Source: Actinomycetota bacterium (lineage in GTDB: Bacteria; Actinomycetota; Thermoleophilia; Gaiellales; Gaiellaceae). From it: a DNA stretch of 64,000 nucleotides. Under the pieces are notes generated by a model that had not been told where the DNA came from, did not search any database, and worked only from the letters and a program-made list of their open reading frames with translations. The DNA lies in the NCBI GenBank assembly GCA_046723355.1, contig JBKOUJ010000035.1, positions 70,736-134,735 on the forward strand, in the 5' to 3' direction. Positions 10,255 through 18,519 of this stretch are shown here, one piece after another (the first letter of the stretch is position 1; the number at the start of each line of letters is the position of its first letter). A program made the position numbers and the translations under genes.

Positions 10255-10442
10255 AGCCGAAGACGCCGGTCCCGATGTGGCGCTGGGGCGCATGGTGGGT
10301 CGTCCTAGGCGCGGCGCTCTTCGTCTTCTACGTGATCTTCACGCCGTTCTGGATGGCGACGAGGGCGCTGGCGTGGCTCGTCGACTTCCGAGCGCGCCGC
10401 CGGCCCGGCTACCGGCCCCCGGTCAGGAACGGCGAGGCGTAA
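10251..10442 (+). CDS. small membrane protein (63 aa)
   Basis: ATGA start/stop overlap with the preceding gene. One or two hydrophobic helices (WGAWWVVLGAALFVFYVIFTPFWMATRALAWLV). Confidence 0.5.
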   Translation: MKPKTPVPMWRWGAWWVVLGAALFVFYVIFTPFWMATRALAWLVDFRARRRPGYRPPVRNGEA

Positions 10443-10470
10443 TCTCGCTGCTCATGGGAAGATTCGCGCG

Positions 10471-13074
10471 ATGGTGAGCGGGCGTTACGTCTTCGACTTC
10501 GACGAGCCGGCCGAGGGAGGCAAGGAGCTCCTCGGCGGCAAAGGCGCCGGGCTCGCCGAGATGACGGCGCTCGGAATCCCGGTTCCGGCCGGCTTCACGA
10601 TCACGACGGACGCCTGCCGCGACTACCTGGAGGAGCGCGAGCTGCCCGATGGTCTGGAGGCCGAGATAGACGAGCACCTCGGTGCCCTCGAGGAGAAGAC
10701 GGGCAAGCGCTTCGGCGATCCGCGCGACCCGCTGCTCGTCTCGGTCCGCTCGGGTGCGGCGATCTCGATGCCGGGGATGATGGACACGATCCTCAACCTC
10801 GGCCTGAACGACGACGCCGTCGCGGGCCTCGCCGGAACGACCGGCAACGAGCGCTTTGCGCAGGACTCTTACCGCCGCCTGATCCAGATGTACGGCGAGG
10901 TGGTCGACGGAGTCGACGCCGGGCGGTTCGAGGAGGCGCTCGCCGAGCTGAAGAAGGAGCGCGGCGCCCAGCAGGACGTCGACCTGTCCGCGCAGGACTT
11001 GAAGGCGCTGGTCTCGACGTTCAAGGAGATCTACAAGCACGAGACCGGCAGCGCCTTACCGCAGGACGCGCGCGAGCAGCTTGCTCACGCCCTTCGCGCG
11101 GTCTTCGACTCCTGGGACAACCCCCGCGCGCAGGTCTACCGCCGCGCGCACCACATTCCCGACGACCTCGGCACCGCCGTGAACGTCGTCCAGATGGTCT
11201 TCGGCAACAAGGGCGAGCGCTCGGGGACAGGCGTCGCATTCACGCGAGACCCTTCGACCGGCGAGAGCGGCCTGTACGGCGAGTTCCTCGCGAACGCGCA
11301 GGGCGAGGACGTGGTCGCGGGCATCCGCACGCCGCAGCCGCTCGAGGAGATGCAGGAGCTGCTCCCCGACGCGTTCGAGCAGCTCGGCGAGACGATGCGC
11401 CGTCTCGAGGAGCACTTCCGCGACATGCAGGACATCGAGTTCACGGTCGAGGACGATCGCCTCTACCTGTTGCAGACGCGCTCCGCGAAACGCACCGCCG
11501 CCGCCGCCCTGAAGGCAGCGACCGACATGGTCGGGGAGGCGCTGATCTCGGAGGAGGACGCGGTCGCGCGAATCGATCCCGACCAGCTCGACCAGCTCCT
11601 GCATCCGATGCTCGACCCCGATGCGGACTACGAGATCGCCGCGCGCGGGCTCAACGCCTCTCCTGGCGCCGCGTCCGGAAAGATCGTCCTCGACGCGGAC
11701 ACGGCCGCGGAGCGCGGCGCGACCGAGCAGGTCGTCCTCGTCCGCTGGGAGACAACTCCCGACGACATCCACGGTCTGATCGCGGCGCAGGGAGTCTTGA
11801 CGGCACACGGCGGCATGACCTCGCACGCGGCCGTGGTCGCGCGCGGCATGGGGAAGCCGTGCGTGGCCGGCTGCGAGGAGCTCAGCATCGACCTCGACCG
11901 CCGCAGCGTCCGGATCGGCGCGCACGAGCTCTCGGAGGGCGACACGGTCACGATCGACGGCGGGAGCGGCGTCGTCATCGTTGGTGCCGTCGAGCTCGTC
12001 CCGCCCCAGATCAACGAGGACTTCGAGACGATCCTCGGCTGGGCCGACGAGCATCGCCGCCTGCAGGTGCGGGCGAACGCCGACACGCCGGAGGACGCCG
12101 CGAAGGCGCGTGAGTTCGGCGCTCAGGGCATCGGCCTCTGCCGCACAGAGCACATGTTCATGGCCGACGAGCGGCTGCCGATCGTGCGCGAGATGATCAT
12201 GGCCTCGGGCGAGGACGAGCGCCGCGACGCGCTCGACAAGCTGCTGCCGATGCAGCAGTCCGACTTCGAGGGGATCTTCGAAGCGATGGCCGGCCTGCCG
12301 GTCACGATCCGGCTGCTGGATCCGCCCCTGCATGAGTTCCTGCCTCCGCTCGACGAGGCGACCGACGAACGCATGCGTGAGCGGATCAAGGCTCTCCAGG
12401 AGGCGAACCCGATGCTCGGGACGCGCGGCTGCCGGCTCGGTCTGCTCTGGCCCGAGATCTACGAGATGCAGGTGCGCGCGATCATCCGGGCCGCAGCGGC
12501 GGTCGAGGAGCGGACCGGCGAAGCCCCCCTGGTCGAGATCATGCATCCGCTCGTCGGCTTCGCAGAGGAGCTCCGCCGGTTACGCGCGATCACAGTCGCG
12601 ACGGCGAACGACGAGAGCGAAGCCGTCGAGTACCAGGTCGGGACGATGATCGAGCTTCCGCGCGCGTGCATCCGCGCCGACGAGATTGCCGAGCACGCGG
12701 ACTTCTTCTCGTTCGGGACGAACGATCTGACGCAGACAGCGCTCGGCTTCTCACGTGACGACGCGGAGGGCAAGTTCCTGACGCGCTACCTCGAGGACGG
12801 CGTGCTCGAGCGGAACCCGTTCGAGACGCTCGACCAGAGTGGGGTAGGGGACCTGATGCGGATCGCCGTCGAGCGCGGACGCTCCACCAAAGAGGAAATC
12901 AAGCTCGGCATCTGCGGCGAGCACGGCGGCGAGCCGGCGTCGGTCGCGTTCTGCCACGACCTCGGCTTGGACTACGTGAGCTGCTCGCCGTACCGCGTGC
13001 CGCTGGCGCGTCTCGCCGCGGCGCAGGCCGCGCTTGCAGAGCAGGGCGCCGGGTACGTGGCCGCCGGCGGCTGA
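10471..13074 (+). CDS. ppdK: pyruvate, phosphate dikinase
   Basis: 867 aa. Phosphohistidine motif GGMTSHAAVVARGMG and C-terminal PEP-utilising domain ending ICGEHGG. Confidence 0.95.
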   Translation: MVSGRYVFDFDEPAEGGKELLGGKGAGLAEMTALGIPVPAGFTITTDACRDYLEERELPDGLEAEIDEHLGALEEKTGKRFGDPRDPLLVSVRSGAAISMPGMMDTILNLGLNDDAVAGLAGTTGNERFAQDSYRRLIQMYGEVVDGVDAGRFEEALAELKKERGAQQDVDLSAQDLKALVSTFKEIYKHETGSALPQDAREQLAHALRAVFDSWDNPRAQVYRRAHHIPDDLGTAVNVVQMVFGNKGERSGTGVAFTRDPSTGESGLYGEFLANAQGEDVVAGIRTPQPLEEMQELLPDAFEQLGETMRRLEEHFRDMQDIEFTVEDDRLYLLQTRSAKRTAAAALKAATDMVGEALISEEDAVARIDPDQLDQLLHPMLDPDADYEIAARGLNASPGAASGKIVLDADTAAERGATEQVVLVRWETTPDDIHGLIAAQGVLTAHGGMTSHAAVVARGMGKPCVAGCEELSIDLDRRSVRIGAHELSEGDTVTIDGGSGVVIVGAVELVPPQINEDFETILGWADEHRRLQVRANADTPEDAAKAREFGAQGIGLCRTEHMFMADERLPIVREMIMASGEDERRDALDKLLPMQQSDFEGIFEAMAGLPVTIRLLDPPLHEFLPPLDEATDERMRERIKALQEANPMLGTRGCRLGLLWPEIYEMQVRAIIRAAAAVEERTGEAPLVEIMHPLVGFAEELRRLRAITVATANDESEAVEYQVGTMIELPRACIRADEIAEHADFFSFGTNDLTQTALGFSRDDAEGKFLTRYLEDGVLERNPFETLDQSGVGDLMRIAVERGRSTKEEIKLGICGEHGGEPASVAFCHDLGLDYVSCSPYRVPLARLAAAQAALAEQGAGYVAAGG

Positions 13075-13120
13075 TCGCGCACACGCAGGCTCCGTCTGAC
13101 GCGCGTCGTACGGTGGACGC

Positions 13121-13339
13121 ATGTGTGACGGTGATCGCTACGACGACCGGGTGACGGAGATTGTCGACGCCGCGCTCGAGCGCGGCTACACGCTCGCGTT
13201 CCGGCAGCGGGCGGGGGGCTGGGAGGCGGCCTGGAGGCCGACGTCCCAGGCCGCGCCGTCCGCGACGCCTGCCGCCTTCGCGGTGACGCGAACCGCAGCC
13301 GCCGAGCAAGCGCTGGCGGCGATCCGCGCCGCGGCCTAG
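13121..13339 (+). CDS. hypothetical small protein (72 aa)
   Basis: An ORF followed by a hairpin terminator. I recognise no family. Confidence 0.3.
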   Translation: MCDGDRYDDRVTEIVDAALERGYTLAFRQRAGGWEAAWRPTSQAAPSATPAAFAVTRTAAAEQALAAIRAAA

Positions 13340-13340
13340 A

Positions 13341-13392
13341 AGCGAAAAGCGGCCGGACCGAGCCGGCCGCTCTCGCTTGTCTGTCGTTTTCC
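13341..13392 (+). terminator. intrinsic terminator-like hairpin
   Basis: GCGGCCGG-ACCGAG-CCGGCCGC stem-loop extended by AGCG/CGCT, followed by a T-rich tract (tgtcgtttt). Confidence 0.5.
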
Positions 13393-13474
13393 CTACCCCG
13401 AGGGATCGGCCCCGCGCGTCGGGCCGCCGATCACTACCGCGAAAGACCAAGTCGGCGGCGCGGCCACGCCGGAG

Positions 13475-13960
13475 ATGTTCGAGGAGGTTCGTTCCGTGGC
13501 CCCGCGCGACCTGAATCGGATCAAGACACTTGCCGCGATGTTCGTTTGGCTCGCGCTGTTTGCGGCGGCGAGGGCGCACGCGGCCGGGTCGCAGCTCCCC
13601 GCGTGCACGATCACCGGAACGAAGGGGCCGGACATCCTCAGCGGAACGCCCGGCCGGGACGTGATCTGCGCCCTCGGCGGCAGCGACATGATCAGGGGCG
13701 GAAACGGCAACGATGTGCTCATCGGCGGCGCCGGTGACGACCTCTTGAGTGGAGGCACCGGCAACGACGTTCTCTACGGCGGCACCGGCAACGACCGTCT
13801 CCAGGGCGACACCGGCGCCGACACGGTCTATGGCGGTTCCGGTCGGGACACGATCTGGGCCTGGGACGGGACGCCGGACCGCCTCAACGGCGGGACCGGC
13901 ATCGACCGGGCTTGGAAGGACAAGCTCGACAGCGCGAAGCTGATCGAGCGCTTCGGCTAA
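13475..13960 (+). CDS. secreted calcium-binding protein with RTX (GGxGxD) repeats
   Basis: Signal-like MFVWLALFAAARAHA, then GGNGNDVLIGGAGDDLLSGGTGNDVLYGGTGNDRLQGDTGADTVYGGSGRD. Confidence 0.8.
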   Translation: MFEEVRSVAPRDLNRIKTLAAMFVWLALFAAARAHAAGSQLPACTITGTKGPDILSGTPGRDVICALGGSDMIRGGNGNDVLIGGAGDDLLSGGTGNDVLYGGTGNDRLQGDTGADTVYGGSGRDTIWAWDGTPDRLNGGTGIDRAWKDKLDSAKLIERFG

Positions 13961-13967
13961 AACGCCT

Positions 13968-14816
13968 CTACGCGTACCCGCGCACTTTCCAGTACGCGAT
14001 CGCGACGCTGAGCGCAGCCACGGCCACGATGCCGGCGAGCTCGGTGGCGCCGAACCGTCCGTAGGCGCCGTGCCCGCGGCCGAACCGCGACAGCACGAGC
14101 ATGCATGCTGCGCCGCCGACCAGTCCGCCGACGTGTCCTCCGATCGAGATGTTCGAGAGGACGAAGCTGAGCACGAGGTTGATCACGATCAGGCCCATCG
14201 CGCTCCCGCCGAGGACGTATGAGCCCTGTCGCTCGAGGACGAGGGCGGCGCCGAGGATCCCGAAGATGGCGCTGGAGGCGCCGACGGTGACGGCATCGGG
14301 GGCGAAGACGAGCGCGCCGGCCGAGCCGGCGAGGCCAGACACGAGGTAGACGACCAGGAACCGGGTGCGGCCGAGGTACTGCTCTACCGGCGTTCCGACC
14401 CAGTAGAGGAAGAGCATGTTGAACCCGAGGTGGATCGGCCCGTAGTGGAGAAAGGCCGTCGTGATCAGGCGCCACCAGTCACCCTGGGCGACGAGAGGCC
14501 CAAAGAGCGCTCCTTTTTCGAAGATCTTGCTACCGACGCCGTTGATCGTGCCGCCCGTGGCGAGCTCGACCAGGTAGATGCCCACGTTGATCCCGATCAG
14601 CGTTCGCGTCACGAGGCCTGGGATGCCCGCAGTCGAGAAGCCCCGGACGCCGCTCCTCATTCGTGCGACGCCTTGCATCCTGCCGGAATGCTCGGGACAG
14701 CGCTGGCCGACCGGAGCGGGCGTCATGCACTCCGCGCAGATCGGCCGCCCGCACTCTGAGCACGACAAGTACGTCTCCCGGTCGGGATGGCGATAGCACC
14801 TCATCGCAGCGGACAT
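13968..14816 (-). CDS. rhomboid family intramembrane serine protease with N-terminal zinc ribbon
   Basis: CYRHP...CSECGRPICAECM; rhomboid motifs HLGFNMLFLY, GASSAIFG and GGHVGGLVGG. Confidence 0.85.
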   Translation of the reverse strand: MSAAMRCYRHPDRETYLSCSECGRPICAECMTPAPVGQRCPEHSGRMQGVARMRSGVRGFSTAGIPGLVTRTLIGINVGIYLVELATGGTINGVGSKIFEKGALFGPLVAQGDWWRLITTAFLHYGPIHLGFNMLFLYWVGTPVEQYLGRTRFLVVYLVSGLAGSAGALVFAPDAVTVGASSAIFGILGAALVLERQGSYVLGGSAMGLIVINLVLSFVLSNISIGGHVGGLVGGAACMLVLSRFGRGHGAYGRFGATELAGIVAVAALSVAIAYWKVRGYA

Positions 14817-14839
14817 GCCTCGACTAGCGTAGATGCGCG

Positions 14840-15523
14840 GTGCGGATAGACGTCGCCTTCACTCCGGCGGAAGTCCGGCCCACGCACGTGGCCGTCGTCG
14901 TCGACGTGATGAGGGCAACCTCCGTGATCGCGCAGGCACTCGCCTCCGGCTACAGACGCGTGCTCTGCTGCCGAGAGATCGACGAGGCGCGGGCTCTCCG
15001 CGCCGAGCTCGGCGACTCGGCGGTCGTCGGCGGCGAGCGCAACGCGCAGCGGATCGAGGGGTTCGACCTCGGCGCCTCGCCGCTCGAGTACCTGGAGCCG
15101 CGCGCCGAGACGGCGATCCTGACGACGACGAACGGGACGCGGACGATCCTGGCGGCGGCGTCGAACGCGCAGGTCGTCCTGCTCGGCGCGCTGCTCAACC
15201 TCGACGCCGTCGTGGCGGCCGCACGGGAGGCGGGCGAGGACGTGACCGTGGTCTGCGCCGGCTACCAGGGGGCATTCGCGATCGACGACGCCTACACAGC
15301 GGGGCGGATCGTCGCGCTCCTCGAGGGCCGACCGACCGACGCGGTCATCGCCGCGACTGCCATTGCGCGCACATATCCGACGGCGTGGGAGGGCGTGAAC
15401 GCGCGCACCTACGGGCCCCCCGGGCTCGAAGACGACCTGCGGTGGTGCACCCAGGAGAACACGTTGACCGTCGTGCCGAGGTTCGCGCGACTCGTTGACA
15501 AGGCCGCCGAGATCACGGTGTAA
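14840..15523 (+). CDS. comB: 2-phosphosulfolactate phosphatase family protein
   Basis: 227 aa. VVVDVMRATSVI...GGERNAQRIEGFDLGASPLEY. GTG start. Confidence 0.8.
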   Translation: MRIDVAFTPAEVRPTHVAVVVDVMRATSVIAQALASGYRRVLCCREIDEARALRAELGDSAVVGGERNAQRIEGFDLGASPLEYLEPRAETAILTTTNGTRTILAAASNAQVVLLGALLNLDAVVAAAREAGEDVTVVCAGYQGAFAIDDAYTAGRIVALLEGRPTDAVIAATAIARTYPTAWEGVNARTYGPPGLEDDLRWCTQENTLTVVPRFARLVDKAAEITV

Positions 15524-15775
15524 AGGTTTCCACGCTCTAACCGATAACTTTTACCGAAGTCAGCAGAGGAAGGTGGATCCTTTCTGCAGGGGGCTCGCCA
15601 AGCTATCCCAGCTGACTATGAGGGGGGCGGTCTCGCCGCAGGGGCCGTCTCCAATTTTTTCTTGAACGGCTCGCTGCCGTCCCTCACACCCTTGCAACCA
15701 AGACTCTTGGCCTAGGCGAACCGGCAATTCGGAGGGTCGCCAGCGGACACCTGGAGGTCTAGGGTCGTCACGTCG

Positions 15776-15925
15776 ATGGCCGAGAAGAAGAATCTCGAGA
15801 GCGCCGGCAAGCCCGCCGCGCCGGATTCTCCGGTAAAGGTCGCGCCGAAAGAGCAACAGGACGGACTGCCAAGACGGCGCGAGGTCTACGAGGCGCTCGA
15901 GAAGGTGTTCAAGAAGCCTCAGTAG
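15776..15925 (+). CDS. possible small basic protein (49 aa)
   Basis: ORF MAEKKNLESAGKPAAPDSPVKVAPKEQQDGLPRRREVYEALEKVFKKPQ, shorter than the 60-80 aa minimum seen in the supplied ORF track. No well-spaced SD. Confidence 0.25.
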   Translation: MAEKKNLESAGKPAAPDSPVKVAPKEQQDGLPRRREVYEALEKVFKKPQ

Positions 15926-15936
15926 CACCCGCGCAT

Positions 15937-15974
15937 TTGACAGCGAACGTGTGTTCGTGTAGAACATACGTTCG
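15937..15974 (+). promoter_or_regulatory. promoter with two LexA (SOS/Cheo-type) boxes
   Basis: TTGACA at 15937-15942. CGAACGTGTGTTCG at 15944-15957 and AGAACATACGTTCG at 15961-15974 match GAAC-N4-GTTC. The second box ends 3 nt before the imuB GTG, so the mRNA may be leaderless or have a short leader. Confidence 0.7.
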
Positions 15975-15977
15975 TAA

Positions 15978-17162
15978 GTGATCGCGTGTCTTCTCATCCC
16001 CGGGTTCGAGCTGCGGGCGGCGCTCCGGAAGCGGCCTGCGCTCGCGCTTCGCCCCGCGGCGCTGGGGCCGGGGGCGGGGGAAGAGCCCCTGCTCGGCCCG
16101 GTCACGGCTGCGGCCAAGGCGGGGGGCGTACAGCCGGGGATGCGACTGGGGGAGGCGCTCTCGCTCTGCCCGGAGCTCACGCTCGTCGAGCAGGATCCGG
16201 CGGCCGCGGAGCACGAGTGGGAGCAGCTCCTCAAGCGGCTCGAGGACTCGGGGTTCGCGGTCGAGTCGGCGGCGCCCGGGTGTGTCTACTTCGAGACGCG
16301 CGGGGTCGAGCGGCTCTACGGAGGCATCGAGCCGGCGCTGAAGCGGGCGCTGGCGGCAGTCGGGACGACGTGGGACGCGCGCCTCGGCGCGGCCGAGCGG
16401 CGGTTCACGGCACTGGCGGCGGCGCACGTTGCACGGCCGGGTCAGCTTCTGATCGTCTCCGATCGCCAGACCCGCGACTTCCTCGCGCCGCTGCCGCTGA
16501 CGCTGCTCCCGGTCGAGCCCGAGCGGCGGGAGGAGCTCGAGGAGCTCGGGGTACGAAGGCTTGGACAGCTTGCTGGGCTGCCGGGCGACGCCGTCGCCGA
16601 ACGATTGGGGCCGGACGGCCGGCGCGCCTGGAGCCTGGCGAGAGGGGAAAAGCGCGGGAAGGTCCGCGCGCGGAAGGTGGCGGCCGAGCTTGCGGAAACG
16701 CTCGAGTTTCCCGAGGCGGTCGCGAACGAGCTGACGCTCCGGCGGGCGCTGGGTGCCCTCCTCGATCGGCTCCTCGCCCGGCCGGAGCGCGGCGAGCGGG
16801 CCGTGCGCAAGCTGGCGCTGTCTGCGAAGCTGGTCGGCGGGGGATCGTGGCGGCGAACGGTGACGCTCCGTGACGCGACGGCGGACCGGGAGCGGCTGCG
16901 TTTCGCGCTCGGCCCGAAGCTGGCGGAGCTGCCTGCGCCGGTGACGAAACTCGGGCTCGAGGTCGTCGAGCTCGCGCAGAAGGTCGGCTGGCAGCTGGAG
17001 CTCGTCCAGCCGGAAGGTCTCGAGCTGCGTGCTCAACTCAGCGAAGGTCTGAAGCAGGTGCGCGCGGGCACCGGCTCAGGCGCGGTTTGTTCAGTCGTGG
17101 AGGTCGCTCCCTGGTCGCGAATCCCCGAGCAGAGAGCGCTGCTGGTTCCGCGCGACGACTGA
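15978..17162 (+). CDS. imuB: ImuB-like Y-family DNA polymerase homologue (probably non-catalytic)
   Basis: 394 aa. The N-terminus IACLLIPGFELRAAL stands in place of the DMDAFYA-type acidic motif of active Y-family polymerases. SOS boxes upstream; dnaE2 lies 1.3 kb downstream. Confidence 0.8.
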   Translation: MIACLLIPGFELRAALRKRPALALRPAALGPGAGEEPLLGPVTAAAKAGGVQPGMRLGEALSLCPELTLVEQDPAAAEHEWEQLLKRLEDSGFAVESAAPGCVYFETRGVERLYGGIEPALKRALAAVGTTWDARLGAAERRFTALAAAHVARPGQLLIVSDRQTRDFLAPLPLTLLPVEPERREELEELGVRRLGQLAGLPGDAVAERLGPDGRRAWSLARGEKRGKVRARKVAAELAETLEFPEAVANELTLRRALGALLDRLLARPERGERAVRKLALSAKLVGGGSWRRTVTLRDATADRERLRFALGPKLAELPAPVTKLGLEVVELAQKVGWQLELVQPEGLELRAQLSEGLKQVRAGTGSGAVCSVVEVAPWSRIPEQRALLVPRDD

Positions 17163-17194
17163 ACGCCCCCTCAAGGGCGCTCGTTGAGACGCAT

Positions 17195-17386
17195 GTGGAT
17201 GGGGCGCCGCGGAGCGTGAACCGGCAGCAGGTGGCGCTGGTGCGCGAGGAATGGCGCGTCGTCGACCGTTGGTGGACGGAGCAGCCTGTCGACCGGCGCT
17301 ACTTCGACGTGGTGCTCGCGAGCGGCGAGAACGCAGTTGTCTTCCTCGACGCGGAAGCGCAGAGCTGGTTCACGCAGCGCGCGTGA
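17195..17386 (+). CDS. small conserved-looking ORF downstream of imuB (WW motif)
   Basis: Translation ...VALVREEWRVVDRWWTEQPVDRRYFDVVLASGENAVVFLDAEAQSWFTQRA. The frame is open from 17087 and overlaps the imuB 3' end. Start is uncertain (GTG 17195). Confidence 0.45.
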   Translation: MDGAPRSVNRQQVALVREEWRVVDRWWTEQPVDRRYFDVVLASGENAVVFLDAEAQSWFTQRA

Positions 17387-17394
17387 GTCACCGG

Positions 17395-17706
17395 CTACGT
17401 CAGCAGCCACCAGTGCTCGACGCCCAAGACGAGCACGAGGCCTGTGGCTGCGACGGCTGCGCCGAGGTGCTTCCCGTTCCGATGGAGGACCAGCGCGATG
17501 AGCGTCGCGGCAAGCGTCTCGACGGCGAAGAAGGTGCCGGCGACCATTGCGATGAGGCCGTTGAGGGAGCAGGCTTCGGCCGGCGAGGATCCGCTGCAGA
17601 GCGGCTGCCGGTCGCCCGCCCACGCCGCGAAAGCGACGCCTTCGATCGCAGCCGTCACAGCGGCGGCGAAGGAGATGACGAGCGGGAAGACGAGGCGTGG
17701 GAGCAC
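17395..17706 (-). CDS. small integral membrane protein (103 aa)
   Basis: Three hydrophobic segments. No family recognised. Confidence 0.5.
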   Translation of the reverse strand: MLPRLVFPLVISFAAAVTAAIEGVAFAAWAGDRQPLCSGSSPAEACSLNGLIAMVAGTFFAVETLAATLIALVLHRNGKHLGAAVAATGLVLVLGVEHWWLLT

Positions 17707-17742
17707 GACCTCTGGTATCGGCGGCGCCGCGATGCGGCTGAA

Positions 17743-18519
17743 CTACTTACGAAGACGGCCGGCGAAGCCGCCGTCGGGCGCGTGCAGGTTGAGGACGCGC
17801 AGGGGCTCGGGGCCGGGATTGGAGAACCCGTGGCGAGCACCGGGCGGCGCTGTGAAGAACCAGCCCGGACCGACCCGGCGCGCCTCTTCGCCCGCAAGGA
17901 AATCGCCGTGGCCGTCGAGGACAAGGAAGGAATCGACGAGGTCGTCATGGGTGTGCGGGTCGACGCCCTCGAACTCGGGCATGAACGTCATCTCGAAGAC
18001 GGACAGCTCGGTCAACTCGCCCTTGATCACGTGCGAGGTCGTCTCGTGCCGGACGGGCTCGCCTTCGCCGGCCCGGTTGAAGATCGCATCCGAGAGCGGC
18101 CGGCCGCCGTCCTCCGGTGGATCGAACTGGTCGAAGTGCTCACGGCCCTTGCCGCGGAGCACGTCGCCGAAGCCCATGCTCGGCGCGTGGATATTGAGGA
18201 AGACGGCGGTCGCGTCGCTCGAGTTCCGGAAGGTGTGGACGACGTTCGGCGGCGCGGCTGTGAACGTGCCAGGGCCGCCGCTCATCGGCGTCACCTCGGG
18301 GCCGAGGCCGAACTCGACCTCGCCCTCGAGGACGTAGAACGCGTCCGAATGCTGCCGGTGCACATGCGGGTCCGGGCCCTTCTCGCCGGGCTCGTAGCGG
18401 AAGCGCGAGACGATGATCTGCGGGAGGTCGCAGAGGATCGTGATCTGCCGCTCCGGCCGGTCGGTGGTCTTCTCGCCTTCGCCGGGGGCTAGGAGCAGCG
18501 GTTGTACGTCGAGTTGCAT
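17743..18519 (-). CDS. bicupin protein
   Basis: Two cupin-like halves (GPDPHVHRQHSDAFYVLEGEVEF and VDPHTHDDLVDSFLVLDGHGDF). ATG 18519 or GTG 18525. Its 5' end overlaps the dnaE2 start. Confidence 0.75.
   Translation of the reverse strand: MQLDVQPLLLAPGEGEKTTDRPERQITILCDLPQIIVSRFRYEPGEKGPDPHVHRQHSDAFYVLEGEVEFGLGPEVTPMSGGPGTFTAAPPNVVHTFRNSSDATAVFLNIHAPSMGFGDVLRGKGREHFDQFDPPEDGGRPLSDAIFNRAGEGEPVRHETTSHVIKGELTELSVFEMTFMPEFEGVDPHTHDDLVDSFLVLDGHGDFLAGEEARRVGPGWFFTAPPGARHGFSNPGPEPLRVLNLHAPDGGFAGRLRK

Noticed and set aside
13620-13860. Short-period repeats in the RTX gene, the GAF duplication and the various hairpin families, considered as possible CRISPR arrays.
   Set aside because: The repeats are in-frame coding repeats (GGxGxD nonapeptides, GAF domains) or isolated palindromes. 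None has the regular repeat-spacer architecture.
15560-15620. Resemblance of GTCAGCAGAGGAAGGTGGATCC to the conserved SRP (4.5S) RNA domain IV, and of GGATCCACCTTCCTC (minus strand) to the 16S 3' end.
   Set aside because: Only a few nucleotides match. There is no GNRA-capped helix or symmetric loop arrangement, and it cannot be supported without a covariance-model search.
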